The notes beneath the pieces are model-generated. The model was not told the origin of the DNA and searched no databases. It saw only the letters and a list, made by a program, of their open reading frames with translations. A stretch of DNA of 38,826 nucleotides from a virus. The stretch is taken from the IMG/VR virus record IMGVR_UViG_3300029541_000013, positions 1 to 38,826 of that record; one strand, 5' to 3'. This document shows positions 21,145 to 28,464 of the stretch, in pieces; position 1 is the stretch's first letter, and every line of letters starts with the position of its first letter. The position numbers were made by a program, and so were the translations under genes.

Positions 21145-21222
21145 GCAGACGTAGCTCAGGTGGTAGAGCACCGGACTTCGTGAGCCGGTATGTCGTGGGT
21201 CCGAGTCCCACCGTCTGCGCCA
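21145..21222 (+). tRNA. tRNA-like gene with encoded CCA, non-canonical anticodon arm and T-loop; anticodon unassigned (TCG/Arg if read canonically)
   Basis: Acceptor stem GCAGACG/CGTCTGC. D arm GCTC-AGGTGGTA-GAGC. T arm GTGGG-TCCGAGT-CCCAC. Discriminator G plus CCA. The anticodon arm has only 4 clean pairs (CCGG/CCGG) and an 8-nt loop CTTCGTGA. Total length is 78 nt, 2 nt longer than the standard layout. Confidence 0.6.
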
Positions 21223-21660
21223 GTGGTCGGGTAGCTCCCGGACAATGTGAGACCGTTGTCGTCATGGCTCACATGGAAATGACAATGCTCGCTGAAAACT
21301 GCGCCAGAGTTCCGCAACCGGGGCCGATACGCGGCGTGTGACAATCTAAGCGAGAAAGACGACCATATATGCGGCGTGCAGAAGCAGAAGCGAAAGCAAT
21401 GGCTATAGGCAACATTGCGGACGTGTGGCGGCTCAATACCGTCTCGCCGCTCCAAAAGAGGAGAGCCGCTGCCTTTGGCAATGGGCAAAGCGCCCGCCTG
21501 AAAGTGCGGCAAGTGTAGCCCATACGGGCGGGGAAAGACTGCTATGTAAGGCCAAGGGGTGGGGGCTGGTAGCAAAAATAATTTGACAACGCTTATCGGC
21601 GTATCAAAGCGGCAATAGACTGTGACGGGCGGATGAAATTAGACCGCAGCACGACAGCGA

Positions 21661-21710
21661 GCCGCAATTCGCGGCAACCTGCGGCAGATCGCGGCGAGTT
21701 GCGAACGAAG
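21661..21710 (+). repeat. Five 10-bp phased repeats (GCGGCA-type) upstream of terS
   Basis: GCCGCAATTC GCGGCAACCT GCGGCAGATC GCGGCGAGTT GCGAACGAAG, exactly one repeat per 10 bp. Confidence 0.7.
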
Positions 21711-21724
21711 AAAAGAGAAGAAAA

Positions 21725-21760
21725 TCCCCCCTTTCTTCCCCCTCTCTTCTTTTTCCCCTT
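21725..21760 (+). repeat. 36-nt perfect homopyrimidine tract flanked by homopurine tracts
   Basis: TCCCCCCTTTCTTCCCCCTCTCTTCTTTTTCCCCTT. Purine runs lie at 21707-21724 and 21796-21816. The 11-bp pairing 21743-21753 with 21796-21806 is possible. Confidence 0.8.
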
Positions 21761-21831
21761 AAACCCCTTTATTATCTCTCCCCCTATAATCCCCCAAAAG
21801 AAGAGAAAAGAAAAAATAAAAAAGAGAGGTG

Positions 21832-21850
21832 GGGCGCGTCCCACGCGCCC
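21832..21850. other. GC hairpin just upstream of terS
   Basis: GGGCGCG-TCCCA-CGCGCCC. There is no T-run on the + strand. Confidence 0.5.
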
Positions 21851-21888
21851 TTGGAGAGAAAAAACTACGACAAAAGAGGTGGTGACGA

Positions 21889-22260
21889 GTGCCATTAACA
21901 GCAAAACAAGAGAGGTTTGTACAAGAATATCTTGTGGACTTAAATGCCACTCAAGCCGCCGCGAGAGCCGGTTATAAGAACGCTGAGAAAGGTAGGCAGT
22001 TAGTTACGAATGGTAACGTTTCAGCTGCTATCCAGAAAGCAAAGGCAGAAAGACAGAAACGGACGGAAGTAACGCAGGACTATGTTATAGAAAAACTCAA
22101 AGAAATAGCAGACAAGCCTGCGTCTGATTGCACGGAAAGCGATTTGAAATATGCGAATAAACTAAAGGCCCTTGAGATGCTTGCAAAGCATACAGGCGTG
22201 TTTGATAAGCAAGATAATTCCAGCACCGATTCCGTCGTTAAGGTGATTATCGATGTCTGA
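21889..22260 (+). CDS. terS: Terminase small subunit
   Basis: GTG start after AAGAGGTGG. LTAKQERFVQEYLVDLNATQAAARAGYKNAEKGRQL fits the Terminase_2 pattern. Confidence 0.9.
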   Translation: MPLTAKQERFVQEYLVDLNATQAAARAGYKNAEKGRQLVTNGNVSAAIQKAKAERQKRTEVTQDYVIEKLKEIADKPASDCTESDLKYANKLKALEMLAKHTGVFDKQDNSSTDSVVKVIIDV

Positions 22261-23491
22261 TATTTTCCTGTCCGAGAAAATCGGCCCTGCGTTTTATGAC
22301 ATTGCGCATGACATTTTCCATCATGGTCACACGCACTATGATTTTAGCGGCGGGCGCGGCTCGCTGAAATCTTCCACGGTATCAATTATCGTGCCGCTTC
22401 TGCTGGTCGCCAATCCGGGAACACACGCGCTGGTGCTGCGCAAGGTAGCAAACACGATCCGCGATAGCGTCTATGCCCAGTATATCTGGGCAATCGGTGA
22501 ACTGGGTATGGCGGCGTATTGGGAAGCGAAGGTTTCCCCGATGGAGCTGATCTACAAGCCTACCGGCCAAAAAATCATGTTTCGCGGTGCCGATGACCCC
22601 ATGAAAATCAAATCCATCAAAGTGCCGTTTGGGTACATCGCCGTTACACACTTTGAGGAAAAAGACCAGTTTGCCGGACGGGCGGAAATCCGAAACATTT
22701 TGCAGTCCACCATGCGCGGCGGCTCGGTTTTCTGGAACTTTGAGAGCTACAACCCGCCAATCAGCCGCGACAACTGGGCAAACAAGGACAGCTTGGAGGA
22801 ACGCGCTGACCGGCTGTGCCACAAGTCAACATATCTGCAAGCCCCGCCTGAATGGTTGGGCCAGCAGTTTTTAGACGAGGCCGAACATCTGAAAGCTACG
22901 GACGAGCGGGCATACCAGCATGAATATCTGGGTGTGCCTGTTGGCACCGGCGGCAATGTGTTTGAAAACTTGGAGTTGCGGGAGATCACCGACGAGGAAA
23001 TCAGCCACTTCGACAGGATTTATCAGGGCGTGGACTACGGCTGGTTCCCTGACCCGTTTGCATTTATCCGCGTGCATTACGACAAGACGCGGGAAACGAT
23101 CTACCTGATAGACGAAATATATCAAAACAAGCTTTCCAACGAGCAGAGCGCGGGCATGATTAAGGCAAAAGGCTACACCGACGCTTATATCATCTGCGAC
23201 AGCGCGGAGCCTAAAAGCGTTGCGGACTTCCGCGCGATGGGACTACCCGCCAAAGCTGCCGTAAAAGGTCCTGACAGCGTGGCGTACGGAATGAAGTGGC
23301 TACAGCGGAGGAAGATTGTTATTGACCGCAGGCGCACACCACACGCCTATGACGAGTTTGTAAACTATGAGTACGACCGCGACAAAGATGGAGACTTTAT
23401 CAGCGGCTACCCAGACGAGAAAAACCATTTGATAGACGCACTGCGCTATGCAGTTGAGCCGATTAGCCGCAGAATGGGAGTTATCGCATGA
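22253..23491 (+). CDS. terL: Terminase large subunit (PBSX-type)
   Basis: Walker A-like GGRGSLKSS, an ATPase domain and a nuclease domain. The gene overlaps terS and the portal gene. Confidence 0.92.
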   Translation: MSDIFLSEKIGPAFYDIAHDIFHHGHTHYDFSGGRGSLKSSTVSIIVPLLLVANPGTHALVLRKVANTIRDSVYAQYIWAIGELGMAAYWEAKVSPMELIYKPTGQKIMFRGADDPMKIKSIKVPFGYIAVTHFEEKDQFAGRAEIRNILQSTMRGGSVFWNFESYNPPISRDNWANKDSLEERADRLCHKSTYLQAPPEWLGQQFLDEAEHLKATDERAYQHEYLGVPVGTGGNVFENLELREITDEEISHFDRIYQGVDYGWFPDPFAFIRVHYDKTRETIYLIDEIYQNKLSNEQSAGMIKAKGYTDAYIICDSAEPKSVADFRAMGLPAKAAVKGPDSVAYGMKWLQRRKIVIDRRRTPHAYDEFVNYEYDRDKDGDFISGYPDEKNHLIDALRYAVEPISRRMGVIA

Positions 23492-24918
23492 GCAATGAAG
23501 TCATCCTAAAACTAAATGAACTTGGCTATTCCACTATCCCCGAAGAGTTTTACGGTAAGGTGGCGGAATGGAAAAGCTGGTATCAGGGGGACGTGAAAGG
23601 TTTCCACAGTTACCGCGTCCGCAACGGCGAGAGCATGGTTAACTGCAAGCGGTACTCTCTCGGCATGGGGAAGAAGCTGTGCGAGGATTGGGCGAATCTG
23701 TTGATGAACGAGAAAGTCCAGATCACCCTTGAGGGGCAGAAGGAACAGGAATTTATCGACCGTGTTTTGACCGAGAACAATTTCACGGTCAAGGCAAACG
23801 AGATGCAGGAAATGAAATCCGCTCTTGGCACGGTGGCCTATATCCCCCGCGTTATCGGTCAGGAGATCAACGAGGGCGGCGAGATCGTCCCCGGAAATGC
23901 TTCCGGTATCATTCTGGACTATGTGACCATTGAGAACATTTACCCGCTGGCATGGCAGAACGGCCTTATCAGCGAATGCGCGTTTTCTTCTGTGGTTACG
24001 CGCAACGGGCACGATTATTTGTATCTCCAAATCCACCACAAGGACGATAGCGGCAGCTATATCATCGACAATCGCATTTACCGCTATGATAACGAAATGC
24101 TGTCCGACGAGCAGCTTGCCAATGTCAAAGGCTTTGAGAATATCCCGTCTATGGTATATACCGGCAACGACAAGCGGCAGTTTGTCATTGACCGGCTGAA
24201 CATCGCCAACAATTTCAACTATCTCCTGCCGACTGGTATTGCAGTGTATGCGAACGCTATCGATGTGTTGAAGGGCGTGGATATCGCCTATGACAGTTAT
24301 GTGAACGAGTTCCGGCTTGGCAAGAAACGGATCATGGTCAAGCCATCTGCGGCGAAGTACCTTGACGGTGAGCCAGTATTCGACCCGTCCGACGTGGCGT
24401 TTTATGTGCTGCCGGAGGATGTGAGCGACGGCGCGGTCATTACCCCCATTGATATGACTTTACGGACGGCGGAGCACAACACGGGTATTCAAGACCAACT
24501 CAATATTCTATCCAGCAAGTGCGGATTTGGTGAGACCTACTATCGTTTTGACGGCGGCAGCGTGGCAACGGCTACGCAGGTCATCAGTGAGAACAGCACC
24601 ATGTTCCGAACAATCAAGAAGCATGAAATCATTCTTGAAGATGCGCTTGTGGAGCTTTGCCGCATTCTTCTCCGCCTTGGCAACACCGCGATGAACGCTG
24701 GGCTGAATGAGGATGTTGAGATCAGCATTGACTTTGACGATAGTATCATCGAGAGCCGTGAACAGAACGAAGCCCGCATTTATCAAATGCTTAGTGCTGG
24801 ACTAATGAAAGCGGAAGAAGCCCGCTCCATTCTGATGAACGAGGACATTGAAACGGCACGGGCAAATCTTCCGGGGATGGACGACCTCACCACCGAGGAA
24901 CAAGATGAAGTAGAATAA
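23488..24918 (+). CDS. Portal protein (SPP1 gp6-like)
   Basis: 476 aa directly after terL. The N-terminal IPEEFYGKVAEWKSWYQG...RYSLGMGKKLCEDWANLLMNEKV is typical of this portal family. Confidence 0.9.
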   Translation: MSNEVILKLNELGYSTIPEEFYGKVAEWKSWYQGDVKGFHSYRVRNGESMVNCKRYSLGMGKKLCEDWANLLMNEKVQITLEGQKEQEFIDRVLTENNFTVKANEMQEMKSALGTVAYIPRVIGQEINEGGEIVPGNASGIILDYVTIENIYPLAWQNGLISECAFSSVVTRNGHDYLYLQIHHKDDSGSYIIDNRIYRYDNEMLSDEQLANVKGFENIPSMVYTGNDKRQFVIDRLNIANNFNYLLPTGIAVYANAIDVLKGVDIAYDSYVNEFRLGKKRIMVKPSAAKYLDGEPVFDPSDVAFYVLPEDVSDGAVITPIDMTLRTAEHNTGIQDQLNILSSKCGFGETYYRFDGGSVATATQVISENSTMFRTIKKHEIILEDALVELCRILLRLGNTAMNAGLNEDVEISIDFDDSIIESREQNEARIYQMLSAGLMKAEEARSILMNEDIETARANLPGMDDLTTEEQDEVE

Positions 24919-24929
24919 AAGAGCCGGGA

Positions 24930-25100
24930 TTACTCCCGACCCTTTTCCAGAGATTCAAGAAATGCGGCGATAGCCTTATCAAGCAACTTGCTTGTTGGGA
25001 TAGATGTTTCTTCTGAATAGGCCTTTAGTTTTGCCCATAAATCTTTGTCAATAGCAGTAGATATGGCAGTGCGGTTTTTTAGCCCTCTGTTATCTCCCAT
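24930..25100 (-). CDS. Ribbon-helix-helix (CopG/Arc-type) DNA-binding protein
   Basis: ATG 25100 after GGGAGGTGA. NRTAISTAIDKDLWAKLKAYSEETSIPTSKLLDKAIAAFLE fits a beta-strand plus two helices. Confidence 0.75.
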   Translation of the reverse strand: MGDNRGLKNRTAISTAIDKDLWAKLKAYSEETSIPTSKLLDKAIAAFLESLEKGRE

Positions 25101-25119
25101 GCGCTCACCTCCCGCATAC

Positions 25120-25148
25120 AGAATACCACACAATGCAACTACTTGCAA
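25120..25148 (-). promoter_or_regulatory. Candidate promoter for the RHH gene, sharing its -35 hexamer with the opposite promoter
   Basis: On the minus strand: TTGCAA (25148-25143), 17 nt, TATTCT (25125-25120). Confidence 0.45.
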
Positions 25149-25171
25149 TTACTTTTTATGTGTGCTATAAT
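25143..25171 (+). promoter_or_regulatory. Near-consensus sigma-70-type promoter for the endonuclease-like gene
   Basis: TTGCAA (25143-25148), 17 nt, TATAAT (25166-25171). Confidence 0.65.
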
Positions 25172-25208
25172 TGAATGTAGTAAAAAGTAGTTGAAAGGGG
25201 CTGTTGCT

Positions 25209-25853
25209 ATGTGGCGGAAAGCTGATTATACGGGGCGAAAGTTTGGAAGATGGACGGTCATAGGAGCTGCACCAAATCACATTACAAAGAGCGGTTATCC
25301 TGTGTCTATGTGGGATTGCGTTTGCGATTGTGGAACTCGCAGAGCCGTAAGGGGAAATGACTTGCGACTTGGGAAAAGCGTTTCGTGCGGGTGCTATATG
25401 ATAGAAAATCCAACATCTAAAACGCACGGGGCATCAAACAGCCATCTTTACAAGATTTATCATGGGATGAAAGCAAGGTGTTACAACCGCAATAACAAAA
25501 ATTATTCCCACTATGGAGCGCGCGGGATTTCAATTTGCGAAGAATGGAAAGATTATGAATCATTCGCAAAGTGGGCTGTTGAAAATGGATATAAAGATGG
25601 GCTTACTATTGAGAGGAACAATGTTGATGACGGTTATTCCCCGGATAATTGCAGGTGGATTCCCATTGAGGAACAGCAAAAGAACAAGCGGACAAATCGT
25701 GTTATCGCATATGGAGGAGAAACGCATATTGTGGCGGAGTGGGAAAGAATCCTCGGCTTTAAGCACGGAATTATTCAAGGCCGATTGCAACGAGGATATA
25801 GCGAAGAAGAAGCCTTGACAATGCCGATTGGTCAAAGGAGGAAGATGAAATGA
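25209..25853 (+). CDS. Cys-cluster DNA-binding / homing-endonuclease-like protein (function uncertain)
   Basis: ATG 25209 after AAAGGGG. YTGRKFGRWTVIG...WDCVCDCG...SCGC, then HG.S...Y..Y.GMKARC...YGARGISICEEW and LTIERNNVDDGYSPDNCRWIPIEEQQKNKR. I have seen this pattern annotated as HNH-like in phages (recalled). Confidence 0.7.
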   Translation: MWRKADYTGRKFGRWTVIGAAPNHITKSGYPVSMWDCVCDCGTRRAVRGNDLRLGKSVSCGCYMIENPTSKTHGASNSHLYKIYHGMKARCYNRNNKNYSHYGARGISICEEWKDYESFAKWAVENGYKDGLTIERNNVDDGYSPDNCRWIPIEEQQKNKRTNRVIAYGGETHIVAEWERILGFKHGIIQGRLQRGYSEEEALTMPIGQRRKMK

Positions 25854-25930
25854 CAAGTGAAACCGCAAAGGCGGCGCTTCCTAAAATGCAAGACATGACC
25901 GACAACAACGCAGAAACGGAGGTGGAGTAA
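25850..25930 (+). CDS. Possible 26-aa acidic peptide
   Basis: ATG overlaps the upstream stop (ATGA), and its TAA overlaps the next ATG (TAATG). The coupling at both ends is the only evidence. Confidence 0.3.
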   Translation: MTSETAKAALPKMQDMTDNNAETEVE

Positions 25931-26334
25931 TGGGCGGTAGAGGCGGAGCAGGCGGCGGGGCTGGAACTGGTGGTGGATTTAAATTGCCAGCACTAAGCGG
26001 GAGCGAAAAACAAGTTTCTTGGGCAAAAGATATTTTAACGCACCCTTATGATATCATGGGTTCTTGGGCAAAATCTTTCGAAAGACAAGCGGATGCTTTT
26101 GATAAGGGTGGGAAAGGGTATGGAGATGCAGAAAGGCAAACAGCAGATGCATACAAAGCCGCCCAAAAAAGGTATGCGCAGGAAGTAAAAAGCCTGGGGA
26201 AAATGTTCCCGTCCGGAATGAAAGCAAGCCAAGTTATTGACATGAAGCCCAGAATCAACGATATGGCAAATTATATTATCAAAGACGAGTATAAAAAGCG
26301 AAAAATCAATCCGCTTAATGCCCAAAAAGTATAG
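25930..26334 (+). CDS. Hypothetical protein with Gly-rich N-terminus
   Basis: MGGRGGAGGGAGTGGG, then LPALSGSEKQVSWAKDI, followed by a helical Lys-rich body. Confidence 0.65.
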   Translation: MGGRGGAGGGAGTGGGFKLPALSGSEKQVSWAKDILTHPYDIMGSWAKSFERQADAFDKGGKGYGDAERQTADAYKAAQKRYAQEVKSLGKMFPSGMKASQVIDMKPRINDMANYIIKDEYKKRKINPLNAQKV

Positions 26335-26336
26335 CA

Positions 26337-26984
26337 ATGCTTAACTTTGAAAATCTGGACAAGTTCACATTTCCCGGCGTTGGCAAGTACGACATTCCGC
26401 AAATTGAGCCGGTCAAGGCGTATCCGCAGGGTGAGTTTATCCCTGTGAATTACCATTACACAGCGAAAGACACGAAAAGCAAGATCGTGCATTTCTTCGT
26501 GGACGATTACCAATTCATTCGATATTGGAATACGCCTGACAAGTACATTCCGCAACTGTCGCGGTTTGCGGCGGTGTGCGCACCGGACTTTTCTACCTAC
26601 ACAGATATGCCGCTGGCGATGCAGATATACAACCATTACCGTAAGCATTGGTTGGCGGCATACTGGCAGCTCCACGGCATGACAGTTTATCCAACAATCT
26701 CATGGAGCGACGAGCAGAGCTATGATTGGTGCTTTAATGGCGAGCCTGTCGGCGGGATTGTTGCGGTTAGTTCGGTAGGCACACAGCAGAACAAGGAAAG
26801 CAAGCGGCTGTTTCTGCGCGGTTACGAGGAAATGATGAAGCGGCTTTCACCGAAATGGGTGATATTCTACGGAAAAGTGCCGGAGGAATGCGACTGGAAT
26901 GTAATTCGAGTAAAGCCGCACTATGATGAGATTGTGAAACGGAGGAAAGCAAATGAAATATCCGTTTCAGCCGGAAATCATTGA
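26337..26984 (+). CDS. DUF4417-family protein
   Basis: HFFVDDYQFIRYWNTPDKY...VCAPDFSTYTDMPLAMQIYNHYRKHWLAAYWQ.HG..V.PT.SW matches DUF4417 as I recall it. Confidence 0.75.
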   Translation: MLNFENLDKFTFPGVGKYDIPQIEPVKAYPQGEFIPVNYHYTAKDTKSKIVHFFVDDYQFIRYWNTPDKYIPQLSRFAAVCAPDFSTYTDMPLAMQIYNHYRKHWLAAYWQLHGMTVYPTISWSDEQSYDWCFNGEPVGGIVAVSSVGTQQNKESKRLFLRGYEEMMKRLSPKWVIFYGKVPEECDWNVIRVKPHYDEIVKRRKANEISVSAGNH

Positions 26985-28152
26985 CGCGCTGCCGGAAGAA
27001 CTGGCAGAGCTGTACCGCGCCCTTGAAGATACGCTACTTGACGAGATATGCAGCCGCTTGAAGCTGGCAGACCAGCTCAACGAGGTCACAGTACAGGATA
27101 TTCGGGCGCTACGGTCACACGGTATTGACCTAAAGGACATCGAAAAGGCAATCCGCAAGACCACTGGCATCAGCGAAAAGAAACTAAAAGAGCTGCTGGA
27201 CGATGTGGTAGAACGAAACCAGAAGTATTACACCGAACTTATCGACCTTGCTCACATTACGCAGCCGGAAACGCTGGTGAGCGTCGAGGACACATGGGCG
27301 ATATACGAGCAGACGAAGCAGACCATGCGCAACCTTACGCGCTCTATGGGGTTTCTGGTGGACGCTGGGCGGACGATGCTTCCGCCTGCAAAAGCGTATC
27401 AATGGGCGCTTGATAACGCGGTGATGCAGGCGCAGAGCGGCGCGATCAGCTACAATCAGGCTATTAAATCGGCAATGAAGCAGCTTGCAGACAGCGGGCT
27501 AAAGGTAGTGGACTACGAGAGCGGCCGCCGCGACCAGATCGACGTAGCCGCCCGCCGCGCAGTTATGACGGCGGTAAATCAGCTAAACCGTAAATACTCG
27601 GAACAATCTATGGACTTTCTGCAAACCGACCTTGTGCAAGTAGAGGCGCACGCCGGGGCGCGTGATATCGATGGCCCGAATGGGTGGGAAAATCACAAAA
27701 AATGGCAAGGCAAGTTGTATCGATGGGCTGAATTTACAAAGAAATACCCCAACGCATCAAAAGGAGAATATCCCGATTTTGAACGCACGTGCGGAATTGG
27801 GGACGTGACCGGCATCCTTGGAGCAAACTGCCGTCATAGCTGGTCGGCGTTTGTTGAAGGTGTTATGGAGCGCACCTATACCGATAAGCAGCTTGAGCAT
27901 ATCGACGATGGGCTCGGCTGCACTTTTGAGGGGAAAACATACACCGCATACGAAGCAACACAGATGCAACGGCGCGTAGAGCGGACAATCCGTAATCTAA
28001 AGCGCGAGAAAGCCGCTTATAAGGCCGCAGGATTGACGGAAGATGAACAGGCGGTAAACATCCGCCTAAGACGCTTGAACGCCAAATACAAGGCGTTCAG
28101 CGAGGCTGCGGGGCTGCCGGAGCAGTGGGAAAGGACGAAGGTGCAATATTGA
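26953..28152 (+). CDS. Head morphogenesis / minor capsid protein (SPP1 gp7, Mu F-like)
   Basis: RBS GGAGGAAAG. ...VEAHAGARDIDGPNGWENHKKWQGKLY...CGIGDVTGILGANCRHSW. Confidence 0.88.
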   Translation: MKYPFQPEIIDALPEELAELYRALEDTLLDEICSRLKLADQLNEVTVQDIRALRSHGIDLKDIEKAIRKTTGISEKKLKELLDDVVERNQKYYTELIDLAHITQPETLVSVEDTWAIYEQTKQTMRNLTRSMGFLVDAGRTMLPPAKAYQWALDNAVMQAQSGAISYNQAIKSAMKQLADSGLKVVDYESGRRDQIDVAARRAVMTAVNQLNRKYSEQSMDFLQTDLVQVEAHAGARDIDGPNGWENHKKWQGKLYRWAEFTKKYPNASKGEYPDFERTCGIGDVTGILGANCRHSWSAFVEGVMERTYTDKQLEHIDDGLGCTFEGKTYTAYEATQMQRRVERTIRNLKREKAAYKAAGLTEDEQAVNIRLRRLNAKYKAFSEAAGLPEQWERTKVQY

Positions 28153-28280
28153 ACTTTGACGAAGCCATCAAAACCGTGCAAGCTATCCTAAAGCGCGGTA
28201 ATAACGCAGAAATACGACAAAAAGGTGATGGGTACATCGTCTTGGAGGTCAAAAAGACAATCAAATACACTTCCGCGTAA
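28149..28280 (+). CDS. Possible small protein (43 aa, TTG start)
   Basis: TTG overlaps the upstream stop. It reads LNFDEAIKTVQAILKRGNNAEIRQKGDGYIVLEVKKTIKYTSA and ends just before a strong terminator. Confidence 0.4.
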   Translation: MNFDEAIKTVQAILKRGNNAEIRQKGDGYIVLEVKKTIKYTSA

Positions 28281-28303
28281 TTGGGCGCGGGAAAGGGCAA
28301 TAG

Positions 28304-28349
28304 GAGCCAAACAGTACGCAGTTTTTGCGTGTTGTTTGGCTCTTTTTTT
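28304..28349 (+). terminator. Strong rho-independent terminator inside the late region
   Basis: GAGCCAAACA (28304-28313) pairs with TGTTTGGCTC (28333-28342), with an inner ACGCA/TGCGT pairing, followed by T7 (28343-28349). Confidence 0.85.
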
Positions 28350-28464
28350 CGGTAAAAGCCGCAACTGCGGATTTTATACAAATTTGGCTATCTGCAAGCC
28401 TAAAAGTGCAGGCGGGACGGTCACGGCAACGACCTAAAAAGCCTATCCCGTAAGGAGATGCAAC

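Larger units (their letters stand above)
20906..21600 (+). ncRNA. Candidate large structured RNA surrounding the tRNA-like element (boundaries and strand uncertain)
   Basis: No credible ORF, and a chain of stable helices that I paired by hand (listed in the first finding). The context, a phage locus next to a tRNA, matches what is described for ROOL/GOLLD-class RNAs. Not tested against any model. Confidence 0.3.

Noticed and set aside
20900-21154. 84-aa ORF with a lipoprotein-like N-terminus (AVLSFMAFTSC)
   Set aside because: It runs through a series of strong hairpins and 10 nt into the tRNA-like element. The rest of the product is not protein-like. It was kept only as part of the non-coding region.
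21156-21575. 139-aa minus-strand ORF
   Set aside because: Its C-terminus (...ADGGTRTHD...) is the familiar antisense translation of a tRNA T-arm and acceptor stem, so this is not a real gene.
21583-21611. TTGACA hexamer as a late promoter
   Set aside because: No acceptable -10 element lies 16-18 nt downstream (AAAGCG or CAAAGC).
21661-21710. Tandem repeats considered as a possible CRISPR array
   Set aside because: The repeat unit is only 10 bp with no spacers, and there are no cas genes. A phased protein-binding site is the better interpretation.
24930-25853. RHH gene plus neighbouring gene as a toxin-antitoxin pair
   Set aside because: The two genes are divergent rather than co-transcribed, and the larger protein has DNA-binding or endonuclease-like motifs rather than a known toxin fold.
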